Shown: piece after piece, positions 28,740 to 38,512 of the stretch
Position numbering within the stretch: position 1 is the first letter of the stretch
Layout: every line of letters begins with the position of its first letter
Assembly: GCA_043823745.1 (NCBI GenBank)
Contig: JBDRAN010000048.1
Coordinates: 896 to 64,895, forward strand
Length of the DNA stretch: 64,000 nucleotides
Source: Candidatus Omnitrophota bacterium
GTDB taxonomy: Bacteria > Omnitrophota > Gorgyraeia > Duberdicusellales > 4484-171
Direction of reading: 5' to 3'
The notes under the pieces: generated by a model
What the model was told of the DNA's origin: nothing
Seen by the model: only the letters and a program-made list of their open reading frames with translations
Database searches by the model: none
Program-made: the position numbers and the translations under genes

Positions 28740-29606
28740 GTGGATACCCATATTAAGAAGAATATCATTGAATCGTATCAGGTCGATGCCGGATTTATCG
28801 TGCATGACGCAGCCATGCTTTCCACGATATACAAGGCGCTTGGTATTGATCCGAAAAGTTCTCTCGACCCACGGATTTACGAGCTTGAGGGTATCACTCA
28901 TTTTTTCCAGCGCGGAGTGGAAGGGCTCTTTAAACGCATGGGGATTACTAAGGAGGATTATGTTCTAAGTTTCGGTGAGGGCGCCGGCGGGCCTTCGCGC
29001 CTGCTCACTAAAATAACCGGAGCACATGTTTTGGGGGTTGATGTTAATCCGAATCAGATCGCCAAAGCCCGGGAGCTGGCAGTTTTGCACGGCTTACGTG
29101 AGAAGCTAGCATATCATGAGCATAATGTGGAGGATTTTTCTTTCGATAAAAAAGATTTTACCAAAGCCTATGTCAATGAAACGTGTGGCCATTGGCAGGA
29201 AAAGGCGAAAGCCTTCGCTCGGATTTTTGACCATTGCGTTCCCGGCGCTACTCTCGGGTTTAACGCCTGGATTCGTGGTGATAAGGGAGACTTGAATGAC
29301 GCGTATGACCCGATCCCTGATTTTAGAGACCTCTATAAACGCTGGATATGGTTTCAGGATGATTTGCCTACCTATAAACAATTATTGACGGACGCGGGAT
29401 TTACGGTCCTTGAAATGTTTGATTGCACCGATAGGGTTGATATTAGAATGAGGGCGCGGCTGAAGGCCGATCGTCAGTGGCAGATTTACGAAGAAGCGCT
29501 CGGCCGGAGTGCCAAAGAAAGCGGTATTGCCTATTATACCGGGATGCTTAAGACGCACTTCGATTATTTGCGGTATGGAGTGATCATCGCACGGAAAAAC
29601 TCCTAA
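28740..29606 (+). CDS. SAM-dependent methyltransferase
   Basis: VLSFGEGAGG, GVDVN. Confidence 0.75.
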   Translation: MDTHIKKNIIESYQVDAGFIVHDAAMLSTIYKALGIDPKSSLDPRIYELEGITHFFQRGVEGLFKRMGITKEDYVLSFGEGAGGPSRLLTKITGAHVLGVDVNPNQIAKARELAVLHGLREKLAYHEHNVEDFSFDKKDFTKAYVNETCGHWQEKAKAFARIFDHCVPGATLGFNAWIRGDKGDLNDAYDPIPDFRDLYKRWIWFQDDLPTYKQLLTDAGFTVLEMFDCTDRVDIRMRARLKADRQWQIYEEALGRSAKESGIAYYTGMLKTHFDYLRYGVIIARKNS

Positions 29607-29745
29607 AAAAGTTTACTTGTCCTGTGAGTATTCAATCGGCATTCTGTATTTCGAAACGTTGAAGTGCATTGTTATGAGTGTCTGAAAATTGGGATGCGGA
29701 TTGGCGCCCCACTTTCCTCAAGTGGGGTCTGTTATTACCACGGGC

Positions 29746-30891
29746 ATGAAAAAAGTATTGATACTGTTTTATATTCTTTGCGCTGTTTGTCTGCCGCAGA
29801 CAGCCGCGGCCGAAAAAGTCGTGGTGCCCCGTTATCTTTTCGTCTCCGTAATACAGGACCCGTCTGTTCTTTCAAGCCGTCAAGCCATTGAAGATTTGAT
29901 CGTGTTTGCTCAGAGAGCGGGGATTAAGATGCTTTTTGTGCAGGTATATCGGGCCAATCGGGCGTGGTTTCTTACGTCCATTGCCGATACAAAACCGTAT
30001 CAAGAATGTTATAAGAGCGTTTCAGGAGATCCATTCGCCCTGTTGATAAAAAAAGCTCATGCGGCGGGAATCGAAGTGCACGCCTGGGTAAACCTCTTAA
30101 CCTTAAGCACCAACGAAGAAGCGCCGATTCTTAAAAAGTACGGGACGACTGTTTTAACACGCAATAAGGTTGTCAAAACCAAACTTCAAGATTATAAAAT
30201 TGATAACCAGTATTTTTTAGAGCCGAGCGACCGGCGCGTACGTGCCGACCTTTCAACGCTTCTTGATGATCTTTTGAGGCGCTATCCGGAGCTTGATGGT
30301 GTGCAATTTGATTATATTCGCTATCCGGATACAAAACCTTTTTACGGCTATTCAAAGGATAATATAACGCGTTTTAAGAAAGTGACCGGTAAGCGTGTTG
30401 TTACGGAAGAGGATAAGGCATGGAAAGATTGGAAGCGCCACGAGGTGACTGAACTCTTGACTGCATTGGTCGCACGCGCGCGAAAGCTGAAACCCGGCAT
30501 TAAGATTTCAGCGACCGGATGTATGCCGTATACACGCGCGTATCATGAAGCGCTGCAGGACTGGCCTGGATGGCTTAACCATGGGCTCGTTGATTTTGTA
30601 ACGACTATGAGTTATTCGCCGGAGCCTGTGGAATTTGCGGCCTGGATTACTTATGTTAAAACAAAAGTCAGTGATTTTCGGAAGGTTATAATTGGCGTTG
30701 GCGCCTATAAGTTGCTACGTTCGCCGGAGGTTTTTCGCGAGGAGATTAAGATATGTGAAGGCCTTGGCGCGGGTGCATGCGCTATTTTTCATTATGGTAG
30801 CCTCCTTGAAGGTTCAGCGCTTTCCACAGTTTTAGTCCGTCCCGGACCCCCGGGAATAACGTTAAAGCGGACAAAAACTTTGCGTAGATAG
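29746..30891 (+). CDS. GHL10/YddW(DigH)-like glycoside hydrolase
   Basis: EVHAWVN, DGVQFDYIRYP, QDWPGWL. Confidence 0.85.
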   Translation: MKKVLILFYILCAVCLPQTAAAEKVVVPRYLFVSVIQDPSVLSSRQAIEDLIVFAQRAGIKMLFVQVYRANRAWFLTSIADTKPYQECYKSVSGDPFALLIKKAHAAGIEVHAWVNLLTLSTNEEAPILKKYGTTVLTRNKVVKTKLQDYKIDNQYFLEPSDRRVRADLSTLLDDLLRRYPELDGVQFDYIRYPDTKPFYGYSKDNITRFKKVTGKRVVTEEDKAWKDWKRHEVTELLTALVARARKLKPGIKISATGCMPYTRAYHEALQDWPGWLNHGLVDFVTTMSYSPEPVEFAAWITYVKTKVSDFRKVIIGVGAYKLLRSPEVFREEIKICEGLGAGACAIFHYGSLLEGSALSTVLVRPGPPGITLKRTKTLRR

Positions 30892-30992
30892 TTTAAAATT
30901 GCGAATTGCCTGTAGGGTGTTGCTGCAGGGTCATTAAATAATCGTAGAGGTATTTGAATCGGTATTATGTGTTGCTGATAATGGAGGAGCTT

Positions 30993-31160
30993 GTGAGCTG
31001 GGTGTGTCCGCATCAGGCCGCCGGCAATGTTTGTCGCATGCGCAAGAAAATCTGTAAGCCTCTTGCTGCCGGCTGTGTGTTGGTCGGAAAATACACTTTT
31101 CTTGAAGCACCTGCTAAAAAGACTAAAAAAAACCGCTGTCCCGATAAATCCCGTTCCTAA
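30993..31160 (+). CDS. small Cys-rich hypothetical protein
   Basis: GGAGG before GTG; WVCPH...C...C...GCVL. Confidence 0.5.
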   Translation: MSWVCPHQAAGNVCRMRKKICKPLAAGCVLVGKYTFLEAPAKKTKKNRCPDKSRS

Positions 31161-31303
31161 GTATCTTTTATACTTCTTGCGTGCTGCGTTCTATGTGCTG
31201 TTTCTTGGCATACCCGCTTCCTGAGGTCTAAAATCTGTGATTTTCCCTGTAATAATCTTCGTCATCGTTCCCGAAGACCCGCAATCTTTTTTCTAAAAAA
31301 GTA

Positions 31304-31342
31304 TTGACAAAAGAATAATTGATACTATATTAGTATCAATTA
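31304..31342 (+). promoter_or_regulatory. promoter with a perfect 12-3-12 palindromic operator (probable Rrf2 site)
   Basis: TTGACA at 31304; TAATTGATACTA-tat-TAGTATCAATTA overlapping the -10. Confidence 0.75.
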
Positions 31343-31351
31343 GAAGTGGCT

Positions 31352-31783
31352 ATGAAATTACTAACCAAACATTCTGACTACGCGGTGCGCGCGTTACTTT
31401 TTCTGGCCAAGAACCAGGTGTATTCTTCTTCCCGGAAAATCGCGACCAAGCAAGGTATCCCGTATCAATTCTTGCGCAGGATTCTGCAGCAGCTTATCGC
31501 CGGGGGGCTGGTCGTCTCGCGCGGCGGAGGCCAAGGGGGATTTAAGCTTATCAAGAAGCCTGAGTCAGTGAGCGTTGTTGATGTTATTAAGATATTTCAG
31601 GGTGATGTGCAGTTTTCTCAGTGTATGTTTAGGCGCCAACTCTGCGCACATCGCGCAGCGTGTGTTTTGCGTCGTGAGATAAGCCGCATCGAGAAAATTG
31701 TCGATAACGAGTTTCGCAAAGTAACGCTTGCTAAGCTCTTGAGTGGTTTAACACCAGGCGCGAGAAAACTCGTAAGTTCATAG
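31352..31783 (+). CDS. Rrf2 family transcriptional regulator
   Basis: SDYAVRAL...GGQGGFKL; three Cys (CMFRRQLCAHRAAC). Confidence 0.9.
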   Translation: MKLLTKHSDYAVRALLFLAKNQVYSSSRKIATKQGIPYQFLRRILQQLIAGGLVVSRGGGQGGFKLIKKPESVSVVDVIKIFQGDVQFSQCMFRRQLCAHRAACVLRREISRIEKIVDNEFRKVTLAKLLSGLTPGARKLVSS

Positions 31784-31940
31784 TTTATGGTTCATTGTTT
31801 ATGGAATAAGAATGAGGGATGAATGGCGAGGGACGACAGATTTTCGTATCTGCCTGATGGCGGCCGGAATTAACGTTTCCAATTAGCGGTCATTAGCGTT
31901 TTTGATTAGTGGTAATTCGCGTTTAAAAAAGGAGGTTTCT

Positions 31941-33227
31941 ATGTTTTGCTATCAATGTGAGCAGACGGCCGCAGGTACCGGATGCACAAAAATAGGCGTG
32001 TGCGGTAAAAACTCTGATATAAAGAGTCTGCAAGATACGCTTTTGTATGGTTTGGAAGGTATCGCCGCTTACGCTTACCATGCTCGGGAATTGGGAGGCA
32101 TTAGTACCGAGGTTGACGGATTTATGCACGAAGCGCTTTTTAAGACCGTAACCAATGTGAATTTTGATCTGGGGTCTTACGTCCAAGCTGTTCTTAAATG
32201 CGGCCAGATGAACTTAATAATTATGGAACTTCTCGATACGGTCCATACTCAGCATTTCGGTAACCCTGTCCCTACGGAAGTTGAAACGGGCACGCGCAAG
32301 GGGCCGGGGATACTGGTGACCGGGCACGATTTGCTTGACCTCTATGAATTACTTAAACAAACTGAAGGCACCGGTATCAATATTTATACGCACAGCGAAA
32401 TGCTTCCTGCGCATGGGTATCCGAAATTAAAGCAGTTTAAACACTTGGCCGGAAATTTCGGGGGCGCCTGGCAGGAGCAATATAAAGAATTTGCGGAGTT
32501 TCCCGGAGCGTTGCTTACGACGACTAATTGCGTTCTTATCCCACGCGCCAATACCTACCTTGACCGGTTGTTCACCGCAGGAGTTGCCGGCGTTACTGGG
32601 GCGGCACACATAGAAAACAGGGATTTTAGTCCCTTGATTGCCAAGGCAAAAACGTTGCCCCCGTTACCCGAAGGTAAGGGAAAAAAGATAATGACCGGGT
32701 TTCATCACACGGCGATTTTGAGCCTCGCGGATAAAATCGTTGATCTGGTCAATCGCGGTAAAATTCGACGCTTCTTTTTAATCGGCGGTTGCGACGGCGC
32801 AAAACCCGGAAGAAATTATTACACGGAATTTGCCGAGAAGGTTCCCGGTGATTGCATCATCCTGACGCTTGCCTGCGGCAAGTATCGTTTCAATAAACTT
32901 GATTTCGGCCAGATCGAGGGCGTACCGCGCCTCATCGATATTGGGCAGTGCAACAATGCTTACTCTGCTATCCAGGTTGCCCTGGCACTTGCTGGTGCGT
33001 TTAAGTGCGGGGTCAATGATTTGCCGCTTTCGTTTGTGCTTTCGTGGTTTGAGCAGAAGGCAGTGGCAATATTGTTGACCTTCCTTCATTTAGGTATCAA
33101 AGGAATCAGGCTTGGGCCGACCATGCCTGCGTTTATAACGCCGAATGTGCTGAAGGTGCTGCAGGATGCGTTTGATATTAAAGCAATCACAACCCCGGAA
33201 GCAGATTTGAAAGCGATTTTGGGTTGA
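31941..33227 (+). CDS. hcp: hybrid cluster protein (hydroxylamine reductase), short class III type
   Basis: MFCYQCEQ...GCTKIGVCGK, THSEMLPAHGYP, GGCDG, SWFEQKA; ~428 aa. Confidence 0.93.
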   Translation: MFCYQCEQTAAGTGCTKIGVCGKNSDIKSLQDTLLYGLEGIAAYAYHARELGGISTEVDGFMHEALFKTVTNVNFDLGSYVQAVLKCGQMNLIIMELLDTVHTQHFGNPVPTEVETGTRKGPGILVTGHDLLDLYELLKQTEGTGINIYTHSEMLPAHGYPKLKQFKHLAGNFGGAWQEQYKEFAEFPGALLTTTNCVLIPRANTYLDRLFTAGVAGVTGAAHIENRDFSPLIAKAKTLPPLPEGKGKKIMTGFHHTAILSLADKIVDLVNRGKIRRFFLIGGCDGAKPGRNYYTEFAEKVPGDCIILTLACGKYRFNKLDFGQIEGVPRLIDIGQCNNAYSAIQVALALAGAFKCGVNDLPLSFVLSWFEQKAVAILLTFLHLGIKGIRLGPTMPAFITPNVLKVLQDAFDIKAITTPEADLKAILG

Positions 33228-33339
33228 TGATGGGGTAACGTATCATTGCGATTGTTATAGTGGTCGTTCGGTTACCAGAGGGTGGTCAGGATAATCTTAT
33301 TGCGGCCAGGCACTGCGTATCCGACAAGAGCTGGAAATA

Positions 33340-33669
33340 ATGCGAATTTGGGATATTGATCCAGGAAAGTTGTGCCGGAGCCATCTTCTGGGAGAGCATC
33401 GGGAGCTTCACGCGATTTGGACGATTCTCACAGAAGGAAAAAAAGGCTATAGCAGGCACCCTGAAACCTTGCGATGGAATAATAAGCTGAAAGCTCTCTA
33501 CCGAAGGCACGCAAAACTTGTCGCGGAAATGCAAAAGCGTTCGTTTCTGCACAAAAGCGAGCTTAACCGTGCCCACGCCACGGGTTCCGGCGTACAACGC
33601 GTGTATGTTGACCCCCTTATACGTCAAAAATCCCTTCTGCGATCCAAAAAATGTGCCTGCAAGGTTTAG
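33340..33669 (+). CDS. pyrimidine dimer DNA glycosylase/endonuclease V-like
   Basis: MRIWDIDPGKLCRSHLLGEHRELHAIW...HPETLRW. Confidence 0.8.
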   Translation: MRIWDIDPGKLCRSHLLGEHRELHAIWTILTEGKKGYSRHPETLRWNNKLKALYRRHAKLVAEMQKRSFLHKSELNRAHATGSGVQRVYVDPLIRQKSLLRSKKCACKV

Positions 33670-33670
33670 A

Positions 33671-33770
33671 TTGACAAAGAGGCTCAATAATGGTATACTT
33701 TCTCACATTAAGTTGAGCTATCTTGCGGCTGCAAGTTCAGTAGTTACTTAACTTGCAGCTTTTTTATTTT
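33671..33770 (+). promoter_or_regulatory. promoter followed by a terminator-like leader hairpin
   Basis: TTGACA-N17-TATACT; gctgcaagtt/aacttgcagc plus T-tract immediately before the SD. Confidence 0.65.
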
Positions 33771-33780
33771 CAGGAGGATT

Positions 33781-35364
33781 ATGGAAAAATTAGCTAAATT
33801 CAGAGCATTAGGGCTTTCGGAGCAGGTTTTACAAGCTTTGGAACGTAAAGGGTTTGAAGAACCTACCGAAATACAGGAAAAAGTTATCCCGTTGCTTTTA
33901 AAGAGCGAGGTTGACGTGGTTGGTCAAGCGCAGACGGGAACGGGTAAAACCGCTTCTTTTGGTCTTCCTCTCCTGGAACGTCTCAAGGAAGGGGGTCGCT
34001 TTGTCCAGGCGCTTATCTTGGTTCCGACGCGTGAACTTGCCTTGCAAGTTTCCGAGGAGATTAATTCATTAAAAGGCCACAAGAGATTGCAGGTTGTGGC
34101 GATTTACGGAGGCCAGTCCATAGAGCAGCAATTACGCCGTCTCAGAGAGGGGGTTGATATTGTCGTGGGAACGCCGGGAAGGATCATTGATCATATTGGC
34201 CGCGGCAGCCTGAAGCTTAAAAATGTTTCCTATGTGGTTTTAGATGAGGCCGATGAAATGCTTAATATGGGTTTTATCGAAGATGTGGAAGAAATCCTTA
34301 AACACACCGGTCGCGAAAAACGAATGCTTCTGTTTGGCGCAACCATGCCCGACCGAATACTTAACCTTGCCAAAACCTACATGCGCAATTATGAGGTTGT
34401 CAATGTGCACAAGTCCCAGCTCACTACTGATTTAACCGAGCAGATTTATTTTGAGGTTAACTCCGCTGATAAGTTTGAGGCCCTCTGCCGTATCATAGAC
34501 GTGGAGCATGAATTTTACGGTCTTGTGTTTTGCAGGACGAAAGTTGATGTGGATGAGATTTCACATCGGCTGATGGACCGGGGCTATGACGCTGAAGCGA
34601 TCCACGGAGACCTCTCGCAGTATCAGCGCGAAAAGATTCTCGAGAAGTTTAAGAAGAAACGGATCAATGTTCTTGTCGCGACGGATGTTGCCGCGCGGGG
34701 TATTGATATTGTTAGTTTGACTCATGTTATCAACTTCGCTCTGCCGCAGGACCCCGAATCCTACGTGCATAGAATTGGTCGAACCGGCCGCGCCGGCAAA
34801 GAAGGAACTGCTATAACCTTTGTGACCCCGCAGGAATACCGCCAGCTTACATTTATCAAGCGGGTTGCCAGAACCGATATCCGCAAGGAAAAATTACCCA
34901 ATATTGAAGATGTTATCGCGATCAAGAAAGAGCGGATTAAAAGTGATATTGCCGATATTATCAATGATGGTGGCGGCGATGAGTATATGACGTTTGCCTG
35001 CCAAATGCTTGAGGAGAATACCGCCGAGGATATTATTGCGGCGCTTCTTAAACATTCATATCAGGATGATCTTGACGCTCGTAATTACAACGAGATCAGG
35101 GAAGTTTCGATCGATAAAAAGGGGACGAGCCGCCTTTTTGTGGCGTTGGGCAAAATTGACGGTATGAGCCCGCAGAAACTGGTGCAGTTTATAAAACAAC
35201 GTTCGCGGGTTGAAGATCGTAAAATCCAGGATGTCAGAATTTTTGAGAATTACTCGTTTATTACCGTTCCCTTTGAAGAGGCAGAGATCATCCTTAATAT
35301 TTTTAAACAAGATAAGCGTGGCAAGCGGCCGATTATCGAGCGTGCGCGGGACAAGAAGGGTTAG
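33781..35364 (+). CDS. DEAD-box RNA helicase, DeaD/CshA-like with DbpA-type RBD
   Basis: GTGKT, DEAD, HRIGRTGRAG; motif III reads GAT. Confidence 0.9.
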   Translation: MEKLAKFRALGLSEQVLQALERKGFEEPTEIQEKVIPLLLKSEVDVVGQAQTGTGKTASFGLPLLERLKEGGRFVQALILVPTRELALQVSEEINSLKGHKRLQVVAIYGGQSIEQQLRRLREGVDIVVGTPGRIIDHIGRGSLKLKNVSYVVLDEADEMLNMGFIEDVEEILKHTGREKRMLLFGATMPDRILNLAKTYMRNYEVVNVHKSQLTTDLTEQIYFEVNSADKFEALCRIIDVEHEFYGLVFCRTKVDVDEISHRLMDRGYDAEAIHGDLSQYQREKILEKFKKKRINVLVATDVAARGIDIVSLTHVINFALPQDPESYVHRIGRTGRAGKEGTAITFVTPQEYRQLTFIKRVARTDIRKEKLPNIEDVIAIKKERIKSDIADIINDGGGDEYMTFACQMLEENTAEDIIAALLKHSYQDDLDARNYNEIREVSIDKKGTSRLFVALGKIDGMSPQKLVQFIKQRSRVEDRKIQDVRIFENYSFITVPFEEAEIILNIFKQDKRGKRPIIERARDKKG

Positions 35365-35503
35365 TCTGTTGGTTGCCAATGTATTGCGCCTATAACTAGA
35401 AACATATTGATTTCATGTAATTCTTTACTATAATGCATTTTTTGTTTTCTGTGGGTCGATTCGTAGTAATAATAGTTCATTTATCCGCAGTAGGTTAGTG
35501 TTA

Positions 35504-35868
35504 ACACCCGACTGAATTGCACCCGGCGCTCATTGGAATTGCACCGGTGTCCGCCTTCTGGCGGAGAATTGCGCTGGTAGCGTATAAATCGCACACTCGC
35601 TATTCCTTTTAAGCGAGGTGTGTGCGTTTTCTGGTTATACCCGACGCTTAGGTACCTGGCGCTTAATACCCGACGTTCAAGGGTATTACGTCGGTATGCG
35701 CTTACTGCGCAAGGTATGGCGCCAGTATCGCCCTTCTGGGCAAGAATTGTGCCGGTAGCGTATAAAACGCACACTCGCTATTCCTTTTAAGCGAGGTGTG
35801 TGCGCTTTCTGGTTATACCCGACGCTTAAAGGAATTGCGTCGGTATAGCCCTTTCTGGGCAAGGAGGA
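35504..35868 (+). ncRNA. nested array of two-hairpin structured modules in the EF-G leader
   Basis: Covarying stems with a bulged C, GCCC-TTCT-GGGC type hairpins, 86-bp direct repeat (35565-35650 / 35743-35828). Confidence 0.65.
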
Positions 35869-35873
35869 ATGAC

Positions 35874-37976
35874 ATGGCAGTATCAGTACCGTTACAAAAA
35901 GTTCGCAATATTGGCATTATGGCACACATTGACGCAGGGAAAACCACGCTTTCTGAGCGTATTCTTTATTACACCGGAAAGTCTCATAAACTGGGCGAAG
36001 TTCATGATGGTACGGCGACAATGGATTGGATGAAGCAGGAGCAGGAGCGCGGTATTACCATTACCTCTGCCGCAACGACCTGTTATTGGAAGGATTTTCG
36101 TATTAATATTATCGATACCCCGGGGCACGTTGATTTTACCGTAGAAGTCGAGCGCAGCCTACGTGTTCTTGACGGAGCGATCGCAGTTTTTTGCGCTGTG
36201 GGCGGTGTTGAGCCGCAATCGGAGACGGTCTGGCGGCAATCACAGAAATATAATGTTCCTAAGCTCGCCTTTGTGAATAAGATGGACCGCGTGGGAGCTG
36301 ATTTTTTTACGGTCTTGCGGCAAATTGAAAAAGATCTTGGCGCCAACGCTATTCCGCTGCAGATTCCTATCGGAGCGGAGGAAAATTTTCGCGGGGTGAT
36401 TGATCTTCTTGATATGAAGGCATACGTGTACGTCGATGATACCAAAGGGAAAGACTATGATGTCCATGAAATTCCCGCGGATTATCTTGAGATTGCTAAA
36501 AAGTATCATCATGTTATGGTTGAGAAAGCCGTTGAGCTTGATGATACGCTGATGGAAAAATATCTGGAATCAGAAGATAACATTACCGCAGAAGAGCTTT
36601 CCCGCGCCGTTCGCAAAGGAACCATTGCCAATAAAATTGTCCCGGTGTTGTGCGGAACAGCGTTTAAAAATAAAGGTGTTCAGAAGTTACTCGATGCGGT
36701 GACGCTATATCTCCCTTCACCGCTTGATCTACCTGATATTATCGGGTGCGATCCCCGCGACCGGGAAAAAGTATTAACTCGAAAGCCAAGCGAATCGGAG
36801 CCTTTTTCAGCGCTTGCCTTTAAGGTGCAGTCAGATCCTCATATGGGCAAGCTTGTATATTTTAGGGTGTATTCAGGAAAGCTTGATGCCGGCTCTTATG
36901 TGTATAACTCCACAAAAGACCGGCGGGAACGTGTAGGAAGACTTCTTCAAATGCACGCTAATCAGCGAGAGAATATTAGCAGTATTTCCGCCGGTGATAT
37001 CGGCGCGGTTATCGGAGTTGATAGTACGGTAACCGGTGATACGTTATGCATGGAGGATAACCCGATTTTGCTTGAAGCGATAGAGTTTCCGGCGCCGGTT
37101 ATGTCAATCAGCGTCAAAGCGTCAAGCCGGGCCGATCAGGATAAACTTGGCAAAGGTTTGTCGCGGCTCGCCGAAGAGGATCCGACCTTTTGTGTTCAGT
37201 TCGATGAGGAAACGAACGAAACGATCCTTTCGGGAATGGGAGAATTGCACTTAGAGATTATTGTTGACCGGCTTAAGCATGAATTTAGCGTTGACGCAAC
37301 GGTAGGAAGACCCAAGGTTGCATATAAGGAAACCATTCTTACGTCTGTCGAATCCGAATATAAGCATATTAAGCAATCAGGCGGCCGCGGTCAATACGGG
37401 CATGTTGTGTTTGAGATTGAGCCCAATGAAGCCGGAAAAGGATTTGAATTTGAGAATAAGGTTGTCGGAGGGTCTATCCCTAAAGAATATATCCCTGCGG
37501 TTGAGAAGGGTGTTATCGAGGTGATGCATCGAGGCGTTTACGCCGGCTATCCGGTAGTCGACGTTATAGTAAATCTTACCGATGGTTCGTATCATGATGT
37601 TGATTCATCTGAAATCGCGTTTAAAATTGCGGCGATTGAGTGCTTTAAGGCAGGTTTCATGAAGGCCAGTCCCGTGTTGCTTGAACCGTCAATGTCGCTT
37701 GAAGTAACGACTCCGGAGGAACATGTAGGAATCGTTGTCGGCAATATTTGCTCTCGCCGCGGCAAAGTTCTTGGCATGGAATTAAAAGCCGGACAGCAGG
37801 TTATTAGCGCCGAAGCGCCGCTTTCGGAGATGTTTGGGTACGCTACAACGCTTCGTTCCCTTTCTTCAGGCCGCGCTATATATGTGATGCACTTTGAGAA
37901 ATACGTAGAAGTGCCGTTTTCGGTTACCGAGGCTATCCTGGAAGAAAAAGCCAAAGAAAAACAGCAGCAAAAATAA
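35874..37976 (+). CDS. fusA: elongation factor G (stand-alone copy, not in an rpsL-rpsG-tuf context)
   Basis: [43 protein letters not shown]. Confidence 0.95.
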   Translation: MAVSVPLQKVRNIGIMAHIDAGKTTLSERILYYTGKSHKLGEVHDGTATMDWMKQEQERGITITSAATTCYWKDFRINIIDTPGHVDFTVEVERSLRVLDGAIAVFCAVGGVEPQSETVWRQSQKYNVPKLAFVNKMDRVGADFFTVLRQIEKDLGANAIPLQIPIGAEENFRGVIDLLDMKAYVYVDDTKGKDYDVHEIPADYLEIAKKYHHVMVEKAVELDDTLMEKYLESEDNITAEELSRAVRKGTIANKIVPVLCGTAFKNKGVQKLLDAVTLYLPSPLDLPDIIGCDPRDREKVLTRKPSESEPFSALAFKVQSDPHMGKLVYFRVYSGKLDAGSYVYNSTKDRRERVGRLLQMHANQRENISSISAGDIGAVIGVDSTVTGDTLCMEDNPILLEAIEFPAPVMSISVKASSRADQDKLGKGLSRLAEEDPTFCVQFDEETNETILSGMGELHLEIIVDRLKHEFSVDATVGRPKVAYKETILTSVESEYKHIKQSGGRGQYGHVVFEIEPNEAGKGFEFENKVVGGSIPKEYIPAVEKGVIEVMHRGVYAGYPVVDVIVNLTDGSYHDVDSSEIAFKIAAIECFKAGFMKASPVLLEPSMSLEVTTPEEHVGIVVGNICSRRGKVLGMELKAGQQVISAEAPLSEMFGYATTLRSLSSGRAIYVMHFEKYVEVPFSVTEAILEEKAKEKQQQK

Positions 37977-38071
37977 GAGTTCTTTCCCCTTTCCTGCACA
38001 GCATGGAAAGAACTTGATTCCAGTGATTACGGAAAGATTACACTGATTTTACAAATATATTGTCACCAATT

Positions 38072-38113
38072 AAGGCTTTTTCCTAGCGTAAACGGTAGGA
38101 AAAGGCCTTTTTT
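38072..38113 (+). terminator. fusA terminator
   Basis: aaggctttttccta / taggaaaaggcctttttt. Confidence 0.75.
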
Positions 38114-38151
38114 GCGTTCCTTGACTTTACCCTAAAAAAGTGCTATTCTTT

Positions 38152-38420
38152 AACCCAGATTTTGTATTAAACACTGGTGAAGAACGCTAAAGTTTTGGAG
38201 ATAAAAGAGTTGCAAAAAACGTAGACGTACTCAAAGAGAGTACATCGAGGCTTTTTGCAACTGCTTTTAGCCTAAAAGATTAGCGTTATCCGCCGTGGGC
38301 TACCCAGCAGGGTGTCCTGCCCCATTTCCTAAATAGCAAACATCAAGGTGTGGGACGCCCCGAATCTTAATATCGTTATTTAGGGTAACGGGGCTGATGG
38401 ACTAATGCAAATTCTGGGTT
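38152..38420. mobile_element. MITE-like palindromic element between a promoter and ppx
   Basis: Terminal inverted repeats aacccagattttgtatta / taatgcaaattctgggtt (16/18) and a long internal hairpin. Confidence 0.55.
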
Positions 38421-38512
38421 TAAAGGTCGCGCGGCACCTACCCAAAAGGTTTTTGCCCCGCGCGCGCACAAAATCCTCATTTGCAGGTTTAATTTCAAAA
38501 ACAGGCATTACC

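Noticed and set aside
33781-35364. SAT-to-GAT change as evidence that the helicase is inactive
   Set aside because: All other motifs are intact; a single substitution is insufficient evidence.
35481-35774. 97-aa minus-strand ORF with internal repeats
   Set aside because: A by-product of the nucleotide repeats; no SD or protein features.
35565-35828. Direct repeats as CRISPR or IS ends
   Set aside because: Only two 86-bp copies with a structured interior; no transposase or cas gene.
35815-35860. Loop-loop pseudoknot within the module (GGAA/TTCT, GGTA/TACT)
   Set aside because: Holds in three copies but fails in the others, so it is not asserted.
35796-35873. Longer fusA start from the ORF track (also the extended starts at 171, 31902, 38405, 42983, 49801, 51189, 52171, 59038)
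   Set aside because: Downstream ATGs fit SDs, gene overlaps or family N-termini better; the extensions run through RNA structure or upstream genes.
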